From: Acidobacteriota bacterium
GTDB taxonomy: Bacteria > Acidobacteriota > UBA890 > WLXD01
Length of the DNA: 64,000 bases
Assembly: GCA_965248695.1 (NCBI GenBank)
Contig: CBDFKD010000002.1
Location: forward strand, 2,304,001 to 2,368,000
Direction: 5' to 3'
Under the pieces are notes generated by a model. The model saw only the letters and a list, made by a program, of their open reading frames with translations. It did not search any database and was not told where the DNA came from. Positions within the stretch are counted from its first letter, which is position 1. Each line of letters opens with the position of its first letter. Below, in pieces: positions 25,665 through 36,043 of this stretch. The translations under genes and the position numbers were made by a program.

Positions 25665-25916
25665 TGCCCACGTCGGCACCGACGATTCCTACCTCGCTCT
25701 GTTTGAGGGCAGCCCGTCCCCGGTCGGCATGAACTATGAGACGATCGGCTTCAATCACTTCGGCGTCGTCGTCGACAGCCTGGAGGAAGCCAGGCGCGGC
25801 TTCATGACCTCGGTGCCAAGATCCATTTCGAGCCCGACTACGAGCCCGGGAAGCGAGCCTATTTCACGGATCCTGATGGCTACGAGGTGGAGCTGGTCGA
25901 ATATCCCCCGGCGTGA
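25665..25916 (+). pseudogene. C-terminal remnant of a VOC-family gene, frameshifted near 25795
   Basis: HVGTDDSYLAL...NHFGVVVD then shifted frame DYEPGKRAYFTDPDGYEVELVEY*. Confidence 0.78.
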
Positions 25917-25926
25917 TGAACGTCAT

Positions 25927-26481
25927 GTGACGGGCGTGCCCGTGCTTCTCGGCGCGGTCGGGGCGATCCTCCTGCTCGGCTGGCAGTCAACCGGCCCGCC
26001 GGTTGCAATCCAGCTGGTTACCCACAGCTTCGTGGTGATTGACCGCCCGGCTTCGGCAATCTGGCCCCACATCGTCGATACCAGCCGCTGGAAACAGGGT
26101 CTCTCGCTGCGACACATGGGTGGAGAGGTCGGAGCCGTCGGGGAGGTCTTTGGTGCATTCGACCCCGAGGACCCGGACACGATCGCCTATCTGCTCACCA
26201 ATGTAGAGCTCATCCCCGATGAGCGACGGACGATCAAGTTGTCCGAGCTCGAGCACGGCACCCTGATCGGTTACGCCACATGGAACTTGACCGATGATGG
26301 CGGCCGTACCCGAGTGTCGTACGACGTCTATGCAGAGACCCGGCTGCCGCCCGCCGAGGGTTCTGGGCTGACGCCGCAACAGCTCGCAGAGATGACGCGA
26401 GACGGACACGCAATCAGCCAGGCCCGATTCGACCGCGAACTGCAAGCACTCAAGGCTCTTGTCGAAGACGCCGACCCGTAG
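25927..26481 (+). CDS. Exported SRPBCC-like protein
   Basis: Hydrophobic leader; VVIDRPASAIWPHIVD motif. Confidence 0.65.
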   Translation: MTGVPVLLGAVGAILLLGWQSTGPPVAIQLVTHSFVVIDRPASAIWPHIVDTSRWKQGLSLRHMGGEVGAVGEVFGAFDPEDPDTIAYLLTNVELIPDERRTIKLSELEHGTLIGYATWNLTDDGGRTRVSYDVYAETRLPPAEGSGLTPQQLAEMTRDGHAISQARFDRELQALKALVEDADP

Positions 26482-26496
26482 CCGGCCCCGCTGAAG

Positions 26497-28110
26497 TCAG
26501 TCCGCATCGACGTGGGCGGCGGTCCAGGTAGTCCAGTTGCCATCGACCACCTCGACCTTGCCGTCGGCACCGAACACGATCAATCGATTGGCCACCTTGT
26601 CGATGAAGAACCGGTCGTGGCTCACCACCACGATCGCGCCCGGGAAGTGCGCCAGGGCGCGCTCCATCACCTGGGTGCTCTTGAGGTCGAGGTGGTTCGT
26701 AGGCTCGTCCAGGAGAACCACGGGGGCGCCGGACAAGAGTGACAGCGCCAGGGCGACCCGGGCCTTCTGCCCTCCCGAAAGCGTGCCGATCCTCGCGTAC
26801 AGGTCGGCCTCGGAAAACCCCAGCATCCGGAGAAACCGATTCACCTGCTTGCGCGGAGCCCTGTTTGCCAGCCCCTCGAAATTCACCTTGCGGGTGACGG
26901 TGACCTGCGGATCGAGCTCATCGAGAATCTTGTTGTAGTCCACGTAAGCGTTGCCGCCCTTCCAGTTGATGCGGCCTTTGGTCGGCACGATCTCCTCGCG
27001 CAGCACCTTCATGAGGGTCGTCTTGCCGCAGCCGTTCGGACCTATGACGGCGATGCGGTCGCCCCGGTGAATCTCGAACCCGAGACCGCGGAACAGTGCG
27101 TGATCTCCGTAGCTCATCGCAACTTGCTCCGCCGCACACAGATCATCGGCGGATCGGATGCCGTGGTAGATCGCCGTCATGACCCGGTCGACTTCGCGCG
27201 GAGTGGTCCCTTTCTTGACGGCCGCCAGGCGCCGCCTGAGAGCCGCGCTCGGGTTCTTCGCCACTTCCCGACGATCTCGAATCGCCTCGGCTTCGAACGC
27301 GAGTAGCTCCTCCTCGAATCGAGACTGTCGCTCCAGTTGCCGCGTGCGGACGCGCTTCTTGCGTATGTAGTCGACGAACCCGCCATCGTATTCCTGAAAT
27401 CGATAGTTCTCGATCTCCACGACGCGGTTCACCACCCTCTCCAGGAAGTCGCGATCGTGCGATACCAGGATCACCGCGCCCTGGAAATGACCCAGCCATC
27501 CCTCCAGCCAGGACAACCCCGCGAGGTCCAGGAAGTTCGTCGGCTCGTCGAGTAGGAGCACCCCCGGCGCTTCCAGCAGGATCTTCGCCAGGGCGGCGCG
27601 GTTACGCCAGCCGCCCGATAGCTGCTCGATTGGCAGGCTGCGATACAGATCGCTGAAACCCAGCCGGCTCAGTACCGTGTCGATGCGATGCTGATAGGTC
27701 CAGCCATCGCGGATCTCCATCTCGGCTGTCAGCGACTCGTATCGCTCCAGCAGCTGAACGAGCTCACGCCCCTCCGGCTTCTCCGCCAGCACCTCTTCCG
27801 TCTGGCGGAGCTTGCCTTCCGTCGTCTTGATGGGGGCGAATACCTCCTCCAGAACGTCCTCGATCGACGCCTTGCCGCTGAGCTCGGAGAACTGCGAGAA
27901 GTACCCGATCCGCAGCCCGTCATCGACCTCGATCCGGCCCTCGGAGGGCTCCTCCCGACCGAGAATCATCTCCAGGACGGTCGTCTTGCCGGAGCCGTTG
28001 TTGCCGATCAGACCGACGCGGTCGCCTTCCTCCAGCCGGAAGAACACCTGCCGCAAGACCTGCTTGCGCTCGAACCGCTTGGAGACCTCACGCAGGCGAA
28101 TGAGGCTCAT
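26497..28110 (-). CDS. ABC-F family ATPase
   Basis: Two NBDs (GNNGSGKTT, GPNGCGKTT, LSGG, LDEPTN), no TM domain. Confidence 0.93.
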   Translation of the reverse strand: MSLIRLREVSKRFERKQVLRQVFFRLEEGDRVGLIGNNGSGKTTVLEMILGREEPSEGRIEVDDGLRIGYFSQFSELSGKASIEDVLEEVFAPIKTTEGKLRQTEEVLAEKPEGRELVQLLERYESLTAEMEIRDGWTYQHRIDTVLSRLGFSDLYRSLPIEQLSGGWRNRAALAKILLEAPGVLLLDEPTNFLDLAGLSWLEGWLGHFQGAVILVSHDRDFLERVVNRVVEIENYRFQEYDGGFVDYIRKKRVRTRQLERQSRFEEELLAFEAEAIRDRREVAKNPSAALRRRLAAVKKGTTPREVDRVMTAIYHGIRSADDLCAAEQVAMSYGDHALFRGLGFEIHRGDRIAVIGPNGCGKTTLMKVLREEIVPTKGRINWKGGNAYVDYNKILDELDPQVTVTRKVNFEGLANRAPRKQVNRFLRMLGFSEADLYARIGTLSGGQKARVALALSLLSGAPVVLLDEPTNHLDLKSTQVMERALAHFPGAIVVVSHDRFFIDKVANRLIVFGADGKVEVVDGNWTTWTAAHVDAD

Positions 28111-28335
28111 CTCAGCGCGCCGACGATTGCGCGTCGCGCAACAACGCGGCGCTTGTGCCGGCGGTGGTGGCCGAGCGCAGGAACTCTCTTCGATCCATCA
28201 AGGCCGATCTCGTTTTCAGTTCGGGAAAGACAGGTGAGCGCCCGCAGCCTATATGAGAGAGTCACAGCGCAACCGAGAATAACCGGCCGGGGAATCCGCC
28301 ACGGTAGGGACCCAACGTGTTTACCGGATAGGACT

Positions 28336-29301
28336 ATGCGCCAGCGCTCCTCCAGGTGTGGAAGGACCATCCGCCGGGCCGGCATCGCTGTCGCCATTGC
28401 AGCGATCTCGCCGCCGTTCGCGGCGACGCCCTCAGCGGCAGGCCAGGCCATCGTCCCCGAACCGACACCGCGTGTGGCGATCGTGTCCGCGGTGCCGCTG
28501 GAGCTCGACCAGTTGCTAGCGGCGGCGGACGTCGAGTCGACCGAGGCCATCCTCGGCCGCGCCCATCACGTCGGCGTGTTGCGAGGCGTCGATGTGGTGC
28601 TCCTGCTTAGCGGCCGCGGCATGACCAACGCGGCAATGATCGCGCAGGCACTGATCGATCGCTTCTCGATCAGCGCGATCATTTTCTCGGGTGTCGCCGG
28701 TGGTGTGAATCCGGGGCTGTCGATCGGCGATGTCGCCGTGCCGGCCTTCTGGGGTCAGTACCAGGAGCATCTGTTTGCGCGCCCGACGCCCGCTGGCTGG
28801 GATGTCGGTGGCCGCCCGGTGGAGTTCGGCAACTACGGCATGATGTTCCCGCGCTCCCAGCGGGTCACGCGCCACGGCGGAGAACCGGAGGTCGAGGAGA
28901 CACGCTTCTGGTTTCCGGTTGATCCGGCGATGCTCCAGATGGCGACCCGGATCGCGGCAGATGTGCAGCTGGACCGCTGCGGCAGCAACGGCGCCTGCCT
29001 GCAGACCGCGCCCCGCGTTGTGGTGGGTGGCAACGGTGTCAGCGGCGCGGCGTTCGTCGAGAATGCCGAGTATCGACAATGGGTCTGGGAGACATTCCAG
29101 GCCGACGCCCTCGATATGGAGAGCGCCGCGGTGGCCCATGTGGCGTATGTGAACCGGGTCCCGTTTCTGGCCTTCCGCTCGGTGTCCGACCTCGCCGGCG
29201 GCAACGATGTCAGCAACCTGGAGGTGTTCCAGCAGCTCGCGGCGGGCAACGCGGCAAGGACGCTGCTGGCATTTCTCGACCTTTGGAGAATCTCGTCGTG
29301 A
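28336..29301 (+). CDS. MTA/SAH nucleosidase-family (PNP_UDP_1) exported protein
   Basis: GMTNAAM, FSGVAGGV, DMESAAVAHV, FRSVSDLAGG. Confidence 0.88.
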   Translation: MRQRSSRCGRTIRRAGIAVAIAAISPPFAATPSAAGQAIVPEPTPRVAIVSAVPLELDQLLAAADVESTEAILGRAHHVGVLRGVDVVLLLSGRGMTNAAMIAQALIDRFSISAIIFSGVAGGVNPGLSIGDVAVPAFWGQYQEHLFARPTPAGWDVGGRPVEFGNYGMMFPRSQRVTRHGGEPEVEETRFWFPVDPAMLQMATRIAADVQLDRCGSNGACLQTAPRVVVGGNGVSGAAFVENAEYRQWVWETFQADALDMESAAVAHVAYVNRVPFLAFRSVSDLAGGNDVSNLEVFQQLAAGNAARTLLAFLDLWRISS

Positions 29302-29328
29302 GATCGACCACCAGACCGGAGTAGCCTC

Positions 29329-30358
29329 ATGAACCGCAGGAGCTTCCTCAGCCTCGCCGGAGGGGCGACCGCCGGCACGCTGGCCGTGCCGGCATCGGTA
29401 CCCGCCGTCTCCCGCGTCCAGGACCCGGTTCGCTACCCCGACTCACGGGTGGAGACCGTCGACCCCCGATTCGCTCGCTACCGCGCCGGAAGCGCCGCTA
29501 TCGAGCGCCTCTACACCGGTTTGCCGCTGGGCCGAAGGGCCGGTCTGGTTCGGCGACGGGCGCTTCCTGTTGTGGAGCGACATTCCCAACGACCGCATCC
29601 TCAGATGGTCGGAGGACACTGGCAAGGTCAGCGTCTTTCGGCATCCCGCCAACAACTCCAACGGCAACACGCGCGATCTGCAGGGGCGGCTGATCACCTG
29701 CGAGCTGCGCCGGGTGACGCGCACCGAGTACGACGGCACGATCACCGTCTTGTGCGATAGCCACGCCGGCAGGGCGCTCAACGGACCCAACGACGCCGTG
29801 CTCCATCTCGATGGTCACATCTGGTTCACCGATCCTGGCTATGGGACCTCGGGCTTCTATGAAGGGATGCCGGCGGAGCACGAACTACCGGCCGCGATCT
29901 ATCGCCTGGACCCGGCCACAGGCGCGACCGAGGTCATGAGCACAGAGCTAGGGCGCCCGAACGGGTTGGCGTTCTCGCCGGACTTCCAGCGTCTCTACGT
30001 GGCCGATACCGGCGCAAGCCACATTCCCGACCACCCCAGCCACATTAAGGTCTTCGACGTTCAGGGGGCGACGAGCCTCGGCGCCAGCACGGCGTTTCAC
30101 GACATGGGAGCCGGTTTCGCCGACGGCCTGCGAGTGGACGTTGACGGCAACGTGTGGACTGGCACCGGCTGGGTCGGCGAAGGCTACGACGGGGTGCACG
30201 TCATCGCGCCCGACGGCGACCTCATCGGGCGCATCCACCTGCCCGAGATCTGCGCCAACCTCTGCTTCGGCGGACGCAAGCGTAACCGCCTCTTCATGAC
30301 AGGCAGCCAATCGCTGTACTCGCTCTACGTCGAGACCCAGGGCCATCAGGCCTGGTAG
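29329..30358 (+). pseudogene. SMP-30/gluconolactonase with Tat signal, extra T near 29521
   Basis: MNRRSFL leader; removing one T restores TGCRWAEGPVW and joins ORF 29570-30358 (NGPND, PNGLAFSPD). Confidence 0.85.
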
Positions 30359-30383
30359 CCACGAGTGAACCGGACGAAGGCAC

Positions 30384-30974
30384 TTATCGGTGGCGCCCGG
30401 CGTCCACGGCCGTCAGATCTGGCTCAGAGGCTCGCCCGGCGGAGATCTCCTCCTCGGTGAATCTCGGGGTGATGTGCTGTGGGCAGTTCACGTCCCACGC
30501 CTCGACGTGGAACACCAAAGCGCGCTCGATACGTGCTCCGTAGGCGGGATCTACAAGCTGCTCCAGAAGCGCCTCCGCATCCTCGATGAACTCGGCCCGC
30601 CCCCAGATCTTGATGCGCCGCTGGTTCGGGTAGTCCATCAAGAACATGAACGCACGGTCGTTCTCGTCCAGGTTACCGACCGATATGTACTGACGATTGC
30701 CGGAGAAGTCGGCCAGTGCCAGCGTCTTGTCGTCGAGGACCTTGATGAAGCCCCTGGGACCACCGCGATGCTGTATGTACGGCTGGCCGTCGGCACTGGC
30801 CGTTGCGAGGTATAGGGAATCGCGCTCGCTAATGAACGAAGCGAGCTCGGGTGTGATCTCGTCGCTCCATCCACCCTTGTTCTCCATGCGCCCATAGCCG
30901 GCCCGCGATCCGCGTTGCGACTGGGCGTTCTTGACCGACGGCGTAAAAGCGATGTCGCTGACAGGGCGTGTCAT
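30384..30974 (-). CDS. Pyridoxamine 5'-phosphate oxidase-family FMN-binding protein
   Basis: PYIQHRGGPRGF, ADFSGNRQYIS, WDVNCPQHI. Confidence 0.9.
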   Translation of the reverse strand: MTRPVSDIAFTPSVKNAQSQRGSRAGYGRMENKGGWSDEITPELASFISERDSLYLATASADGQPYIQHRGGPRGFIKVLDDKTLALADFSGNRQYISVGNLDENDRAFMFLMDYPNQRRIKIWGRAEFIEDAEALLEQLVDPAYGARIERALVFHVEAWDVNCPQHITPRFTEEEISAGRASEPDLTAVDAGRHR

Positions 30975-30995
30975 ATCTTGTTCCCCTTCTGAATT

Positions 30996-31011
30996 GACCG
31001 AACATTCGGTC
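30996..31011. promoter_or_regulatory. Probable TetR operator 1
   Basis: Palindrome GACCGAA-CA-TTCGGTC upstream of the PNPOx gene. Confidence 0.75.
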
Positions 31012-31044
31012 TAGTACAGATACGAAAAAAACAACCATCGAGTC

Positions 31045-31611
31045 TCATGGCGAAGTCTCCGCCAAGAGCGCGTCTGGGAGCTCCGCCATCATTCGACGGA
31101 AGAGGGCGGTGTCGTTCATCCCCCGAGCCACCACGAGCGCTCCCTGTATCTTCATGACCGCGTCCTCGGCGCGACGGCGCGCTTCCCGGCGAGGCAGATT
31201 GGCATCCTCGATCGTGGCGCTCAGCGCATCTACCCAAGCCTTGAAGGCGCCCGCGAGCTCGTCGGCAAACAGACCAGCGCCGCCGCTCAACACCATTGCC
31301 CCGAGCAGGCAGTTCTTGGCACCGCCGGCATAGAACCGCTCCACCGCCTGCATCGATGCGGTGATGCGATCGCGCGGGTCACCCGGCTCCACCAGCAACC
31401 GCAGGATCTCGCCCACCTCGTCACCCACCATCCCGAACACCTCTCGGACCATCTCGTTCTTGCCGTCAGGGAAATGGTGATACAGGCTCGCCCGCCCGAG
31501 CCCGGTAGCCTCCGCGAGTCGGCTCAGGCTGGTCGCTGCGTAGCCGTTGCGACGGAATTCTTCGGCGATCCGTTCGATCGCCTCTGTTCGAGTCAGTTTG
31601 GTTCTTGGCAT
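31045..31611 (-). CDS. TetR/AcrR regulator
   Basis: GYAATSLSRLAEATGLGRASLYHHFPDGK; ATG 31611. Confidence 0.92.
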   Translation of the reverse strand: MPRTKLTRTEAIERIAEEFRRNGYAATSLSRLAEATGLGRASLYHHFPDGKNEMVREVFGMVGDEVGEILRLLVEPGDPRDRITASMQAVERFYAGGAKNCLLGAMVLSGGAGLFADELAGAFKAWVDALSATIEDANLPRREARRRAEDAVMKIQGALVVARGMNDTALFRRMMAELPDALLAETSP

Positions 31612-31628
31612 TGGGTACTCGCGAGGAC

Positions 31629-31648
31629 TGTATCGAACGTTCGGTACA
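31629..31648. promoter_or_regulatory. Probable TetR operator 2 (autoregulation)
   Basis: TGTATCGAACGTTCGGTACA, same core as 30996-31011. Confidence 0.75.
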
Positions 31649-31856
31649 AACTCAACAAGCAAGATTGATCGCACGACTAACCTCCTGCCTGGAGATTCCG
31701 TACATCGCATCCGGCAAGCGCGCGCCTCTTGTCTCGTCGCGACACGTCTGAAAGGATTGCCCGCGCGAGCTGGACAGCCGCCACCGACCGTTTCCAGCGA
31801 TTACACGGTCTCGTGAGACGCGGTGTTCTCTGACCTAATTCCCGGGAGGCGTTCTG

Positions 31857-32312
31857 ATGAGATTTCTTCGCACCGCCGGCGCGTCGTTGCTGGTGGCCCT
31901 TTGCGCCGGCTCGAGCGGCGCAGCAGTGGCCGGCCAACAGACCAGCGGCGACGATGTGGATGCCGTGCTCGCTTCCATGGCAATCACCACCGATGCGCTG
32001 CGCGCCGGCGACGAAGAGACGTTCTTGGCGGGGTACACCGACGACTTGTTCTTCATGGCCGAAAACAGTGCGCCGGTGCTCGGGAAGGCCGCTTACGCTG
32101 AGGATACTGACTTCGGCGGGCAGTCGAGGGAATGGAACGAGACCTACGTCGAGGTCATGGTGAATGGCGATTGGGGGCACATCATCGGCGACTGGACGTC
32201 GGGTGATCGCAGCGGCAAGGCCATTTACATGTTCGCGCGACAGGACGATGGCTCGTGGAAGATCTCCCACGAGTTCGTCAACTCCAACGGTGCCGGCGAG
32301 GAAAGTCGATGA
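31857..32312 (+). CDS. Exported NTF2-like (DUF4440/YybH) protein
   Basis: Signal peptide; YTDD, RQDDGSWKISHE. Confidence 0.8.
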   Translation: MRFLRTAGASLLVALCAGSSGAAVAGQQTSGDDVDAVLASMAITTDALRAGDEETFLAGYTDDLFFMAENSAPVLGKAAYAEDTDFGGQSREWNETYVEVMVNGDWGHIIGDWTSGDRSGKAIYMFARQDDGSWKISHEFVNSNGAGEESR

Positions 32313-32776
32313 AGCCGCGTGCACGGACAGTCAGCTTGTTGATGGCGGCGACCATGGTCTCCACTCTCGCCTGCGGCCCGGGGGAAGAGCCTCCGGCCCC
32401 CGAGCCGGCGCCGCCGCCGAGCGCCGCGGATGACCGCGCTGCCATCGACGCGCTGATGAACCGTCTCGAGGCCGCGTACGCCAACACTGACATCGACCAG
32501 TTGATGGACGTCTACACCGACGACCTCGTCTACATGGGCGCCGGGGCTCCTCTGATCCAGGGCGCCGCAGACTTTCGCGCCGCGAACGACCCGGTGGGTG
32601 CCTATGACCTCGTGATGCACAACGAAGAGGTAGTGGTGACCGGAGACTGGGGCTACGCCCGCGGCAGCTACGACGGCAACGACCAGTTCCTGATGATCGT
32701 GCGCCGCGACCCCGATGGGGTGTGGCGGATCGCGCGAGAGATCTGGAACGTGGCTCCGGACGAGACCGAGCAGTAG
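32309..32776 (+). CDS. NTF2-like lipoprotein, tandem paralog
   Basis: TLAC lipobox; YTDD, RRDPDGVWRIAREIWN. Confidence 0.8.
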   Translation: MKPRARTVSLLMAATMVSTLACGPGEEPPAPEPAPPPSAADDRAAIDALMNRLEAAYANTDIDQLMDVYTDDLVYMGAGAPLIQGAADFRAANDPVGAYDLVMHNEEVVVTGDWGYARGSYDGNDQFLMIVRRDPDGVWRIAREIWNVAPDETEQ

Positions 32777-32792
32777 CCGGAATGCCACCGGC

Positions 32793-34234
32793 TCAACGAA
32801 TGAGGATAAGCTCCTCCTGCGGCGGGGACAGGTATTCGATACCGTCCGGAGTCGCTACCGCCTCCTCGTGGTCCCACCACAGCAAGTACTGGTCCTTGCC
32901 CTCATCGGCGGGCGACGGCATATAGAAGAAGTACTCGATGACGGAGTGGTGGTTGGGGGCCAGCGGTATGTCCAGCACCCAGTCCGGTCCGTAGGAGCCG
33001 ATTCTGGGGCCGAAATAGGTCTCCACCGACCGTGCCCGCGCGCCCTTCATGTGTCCGTGCGCATCGACGCTCAGCAGCGTCTGGCCGGCGTCGTACGCGG
33101 CCGAATAGACCGGGAAGTCGTTCTTGGGTACCACCATGTGCATCTGGTCGTCCACAACAGAGACTCCTTCCGCCTCGAATCTCCGCGTGTACTCCTGCAC
33201 GATCTGACGCGCGGTAAGCCCAGACCGGACGGTCTCCGCCAGGATCCTCTCGACCTTCAGGTACTCGGCCACAGTCGCTGGATCTCTGCGGGCGGTCCCG
33301 TCTCACCATCACGCAGCACGTAGGCGTACATGCCCGTGCTCGGGGCGGCGAGGATATCGCCGCCCTGCACCACGGCATTCTCCCAGCCCGGGCTCCGCCC
33401 CCGCTGTGACTGCCCCCTGCTCATGCGACGAAACACGGTGAATCCGTCCCCTCGCGTCGGCGTGACACCCGGAACGACGCGGGCGAAAGCTCGGCGAGCT
33501 TCGTCGGCCTCGGCGCGGCGCATTCGGCGCAGCAGATCGATCTCGCGTGGCACCTTGTTGTGGATGTAATCCATCACCACCCACTCCGACGAGATCAGCC
33601 TGCCGGCGTACTCTTCCCCGAGCTCCTCGGCCAGCAGGACGTAGTAGGTATGGGACATACCGTCGGAGTCGCCGGTACGAGTCGGCCATGGTCCCAGCTC
33701 ACTCTTGAAATTCACCGCAATGCTAGAGGGATCGCGTTACGCGACGAACTCCCTGAGACCGTCGAATCGCAGGTGGTACTCGGTCACCGGGCTCGCCAGC
33801 GGTTCCTGTATGCGTACCGGGTCGCCGATGATGTCGAAGGCTCCGAGCGCCTCCATTGGATCCTGATAATCGGGGCTCTGCCAATCGCGCTGTGAAGCGC
33901 CCCATCGACGTCCGAGAATCGCTCGTTCGATGCGATCGCCACCACGGTCCGTGAAGACGAACACGCCCGATGTGCTGCCGAGCTCCTCGGCGCCGAAGGA
34001 ATCGTCGATCGACTCGCGCATCACATGGATCCACATGTCAACGTTGCGCTTCCTCATGGCGAGCGGCAACACGACATCGAACTTGTCGCGACGTATCTGA
34101 TCGTTCGCTTCGACGTACGGCGAGTCTCTCGGATCCTCTCGCCGGCGCTGCGCCTCGGCTTGAAGCGGAACAAGAACCCCGACGATCAAAAGGACAGACA
34201 ACAAGCTCCGCATCGCACGCCGCCTTTCTGCCAT
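32793..34234 (-). pseudogene. Xaa-Pro peptidase-like (M24-related) gene with nonsense codon and frameshift
   Basis: In-frame TAA at 33739-33737 (FVA*RDPSSIAVNF); -1 shift near 33270 (LW/AEYLK); family call tentative. Confidence 0.7.
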
Positions 34235-34356
34235 ACCTACCTCCTCTACGGGAAAGAAGAACCCAGTGGTGTGGGCGGGCGCGGGCCGCAGTTGCCGCTG
34301 CAACGCCCGGCTAGCAACCCCCTGCAATCAACTCACCACACTCTAGCCACGGCCTG

Positions 34357-35118
34357 CTAGATGCCGGCCCACCAGGAGTACCCAAACTCCGGATTGATGC
34401 CACCCAGGCCCTCGCCGATGTTCTCGACAGTGTCTGTAACCGTGAGGCGCGAAAGGTACTTCACGCTCTTGTAGCCGAGCTGCCGAGCAACCTTGAGGCG
34501 CACGGGAGCGCCATGCGGGGTAGGAATGTCCCGCCCGTTCATTCCGTAGGCCAGGTAGGTCTGCGAGTGCAGCGCGTCGGCCATGTCGATGCTCTCCCAC
34601 CAGCCGTCAAACGCGAAGAACACGACGTAGCGGGCGCGCGGATCGACGCCAACCAGGTTCAGCACATGCGACAGCGGCACACCGGTCCACTCGGCAATGA
34701 ACGACCACCCTTCCTCGCACGCCTGGTGCGTGATCTGCGTGCTCCGCGGATACCCCTGTAACTCGGCGAGTGAGAAGGTCGATGGACGGGCTACCAGCCC
34801 ATCGACCGTGAGGCGCCAGTCGCGAAAGTCGTTCGCCAGCAGGCGCTGGTACTCGTCGTGCTCCGGCGGCCAGCCATTGACCGGAACTACCTTGGAGATA
34901 TCACTGCGATTGAACTCCCGCGCCATCGAATGCGGGCCCATCAGCAGGCGCTGGGACGCGTAGGTCAACGTCTCGCCGATGCCGTAGAGACCTCCGTGGT
35001 CCGGTGGTATGAGCCCGTATTGATCGGCGAGACGAACCGCACCCGCCAGGCCGGACACTCCCGCCGCGCCTGCAATCCCCGAAGTGATCAGCTTCCGTCT
35101 GGTCAGAATCCGGCTCAT
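34357..35118 (-). CDS. Molybdopterin oxidoreductase, sulfite oxidase/MsrP-like, Tat signal
   Basis: TRRKLI; HQACEEGWS, HGAPVRL, LGYKSVKY. Confidence 0.88.
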   Translation of the reverse strand: MSRILTRRKLITSGIAGAAGVSGLAGAVRLADQYGLIPPDHGGLYGIGETLTYASQRLLMGPHSMAREFNRSDISKVVPVNGWPPEHDEYQRLLANDFRDWRLTVDGLVARPSTFSLAELQGYPRSTQITHQACEEGWSFIAEWTGVPLSHVLNLVGVDPRARYVVFFAFDGWWESIDMADALHSQTYLAYGMNGRDIPTPHGAPVRLKVARQLGYKSVKYLSRLTVTDTVENIGEGLGGINPEFGYSWWAGI

Positions 35119-35804
35119 GTTCGCTCCACTCCGTCTGCTCTGTGGCCGGTAATCATCTCGCGCATGCGATGGCTGAAGCCAGCGAGAGCGACCATGCCGA
35201 TGTGAACGAGCACGAAGACCACGAGCGCGGTACCCGCGAAGAAATGAACCGTGCGCGCCGACTGCTGGCCATCGAAGACGGTCACGAGAGCCGGCACCAC
35301 GGATGCGAGCGCCGGCGAAAACGCCAGACCGGACAGGACAATCAACGGGAACAGCGCGAACACCACGACGACATAGGTCACCTGCTGCAGCACGTTGTAC
35401 GAGTCCGAATCCATCAGCCGTTCGCGTTTGAGCCGCACGTGATCGGTCATCACTCGAGCGATGTTGGCCCACTCGAGATCGGCTCGCGACGGTATCAATC
35501 GCCGCCGGAAGTGTCGCGTCATTAGCCCGGAAACCACGTACAGCACGCCGCTCAATACGCTCACCCAGGCAGCGAGAAAATGTAGATACCGGCCCCAGCC
35601 GGAATGCCCCAGCAGGAACGGGATCGGAAGCTCGATGAGCGCCGGCGTCCCCACGGCGCCGGTCTCGCCCCAATAGAGGCGCGGATGCGCCAGCAGAATG
35701 GCGATGCCGCTGACGATGAGCGCGAAGATGCTCACCGCGTTGACCCAGTGCGTGGCGCGAACCATGACCGTATGTCGAGGAGGATTGGAGCTATGAGAAC
35801 TCAC
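35115..35804 (-). CDS. Cytochrome b subunit (Ni/Fe-hydrogenase b-type family)
   Basis: RATHWVN, YLHFLAAW, YNVLQ, ARTVHF, LVHI. Confidence 0.88.
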   Translation of the reverse strand: MSSHSSNPPRHTVMVRATHWVNAVSIFALIVSGIAILLAHPRLYWGETGAVGTPALIELPIPFLLGHSGWGRYLHFLAAWVSVLSGVLYVVSGLMTRHFRRRLIPSRADLEWANIARVMTDHVRLKRERLMDSDSYNVLQQVTYVVVVFALFPLIVLSGLAFSPALASVVPALVTVFDGQQSARTVHFFAGTALVVFVLVHIGMVALAGFSHRMREMITGHRADGVERT

Positions 35805-36043
35805 GTGCTTGGAGCCTTCGGTGGCACGACCGAGAGGAGTCTCGGACCGCGTGAAGCCTACCGTCGGAGCTGCTGAGATCCAACGGTCGGCGGGGATCGG
35901 TCTACTCGATGGGCGACATCGACCTGCCACCGATCAAGCCCCCTTGTAGGGAAGCTTGCGGTAGCCTTGGATTCCGTGACCCGGTGGCGCGTCAGCCACC
36001 GGCGATCAGCGACGCAGTTCGGCCTGTATACCGAGGGCAGGGG

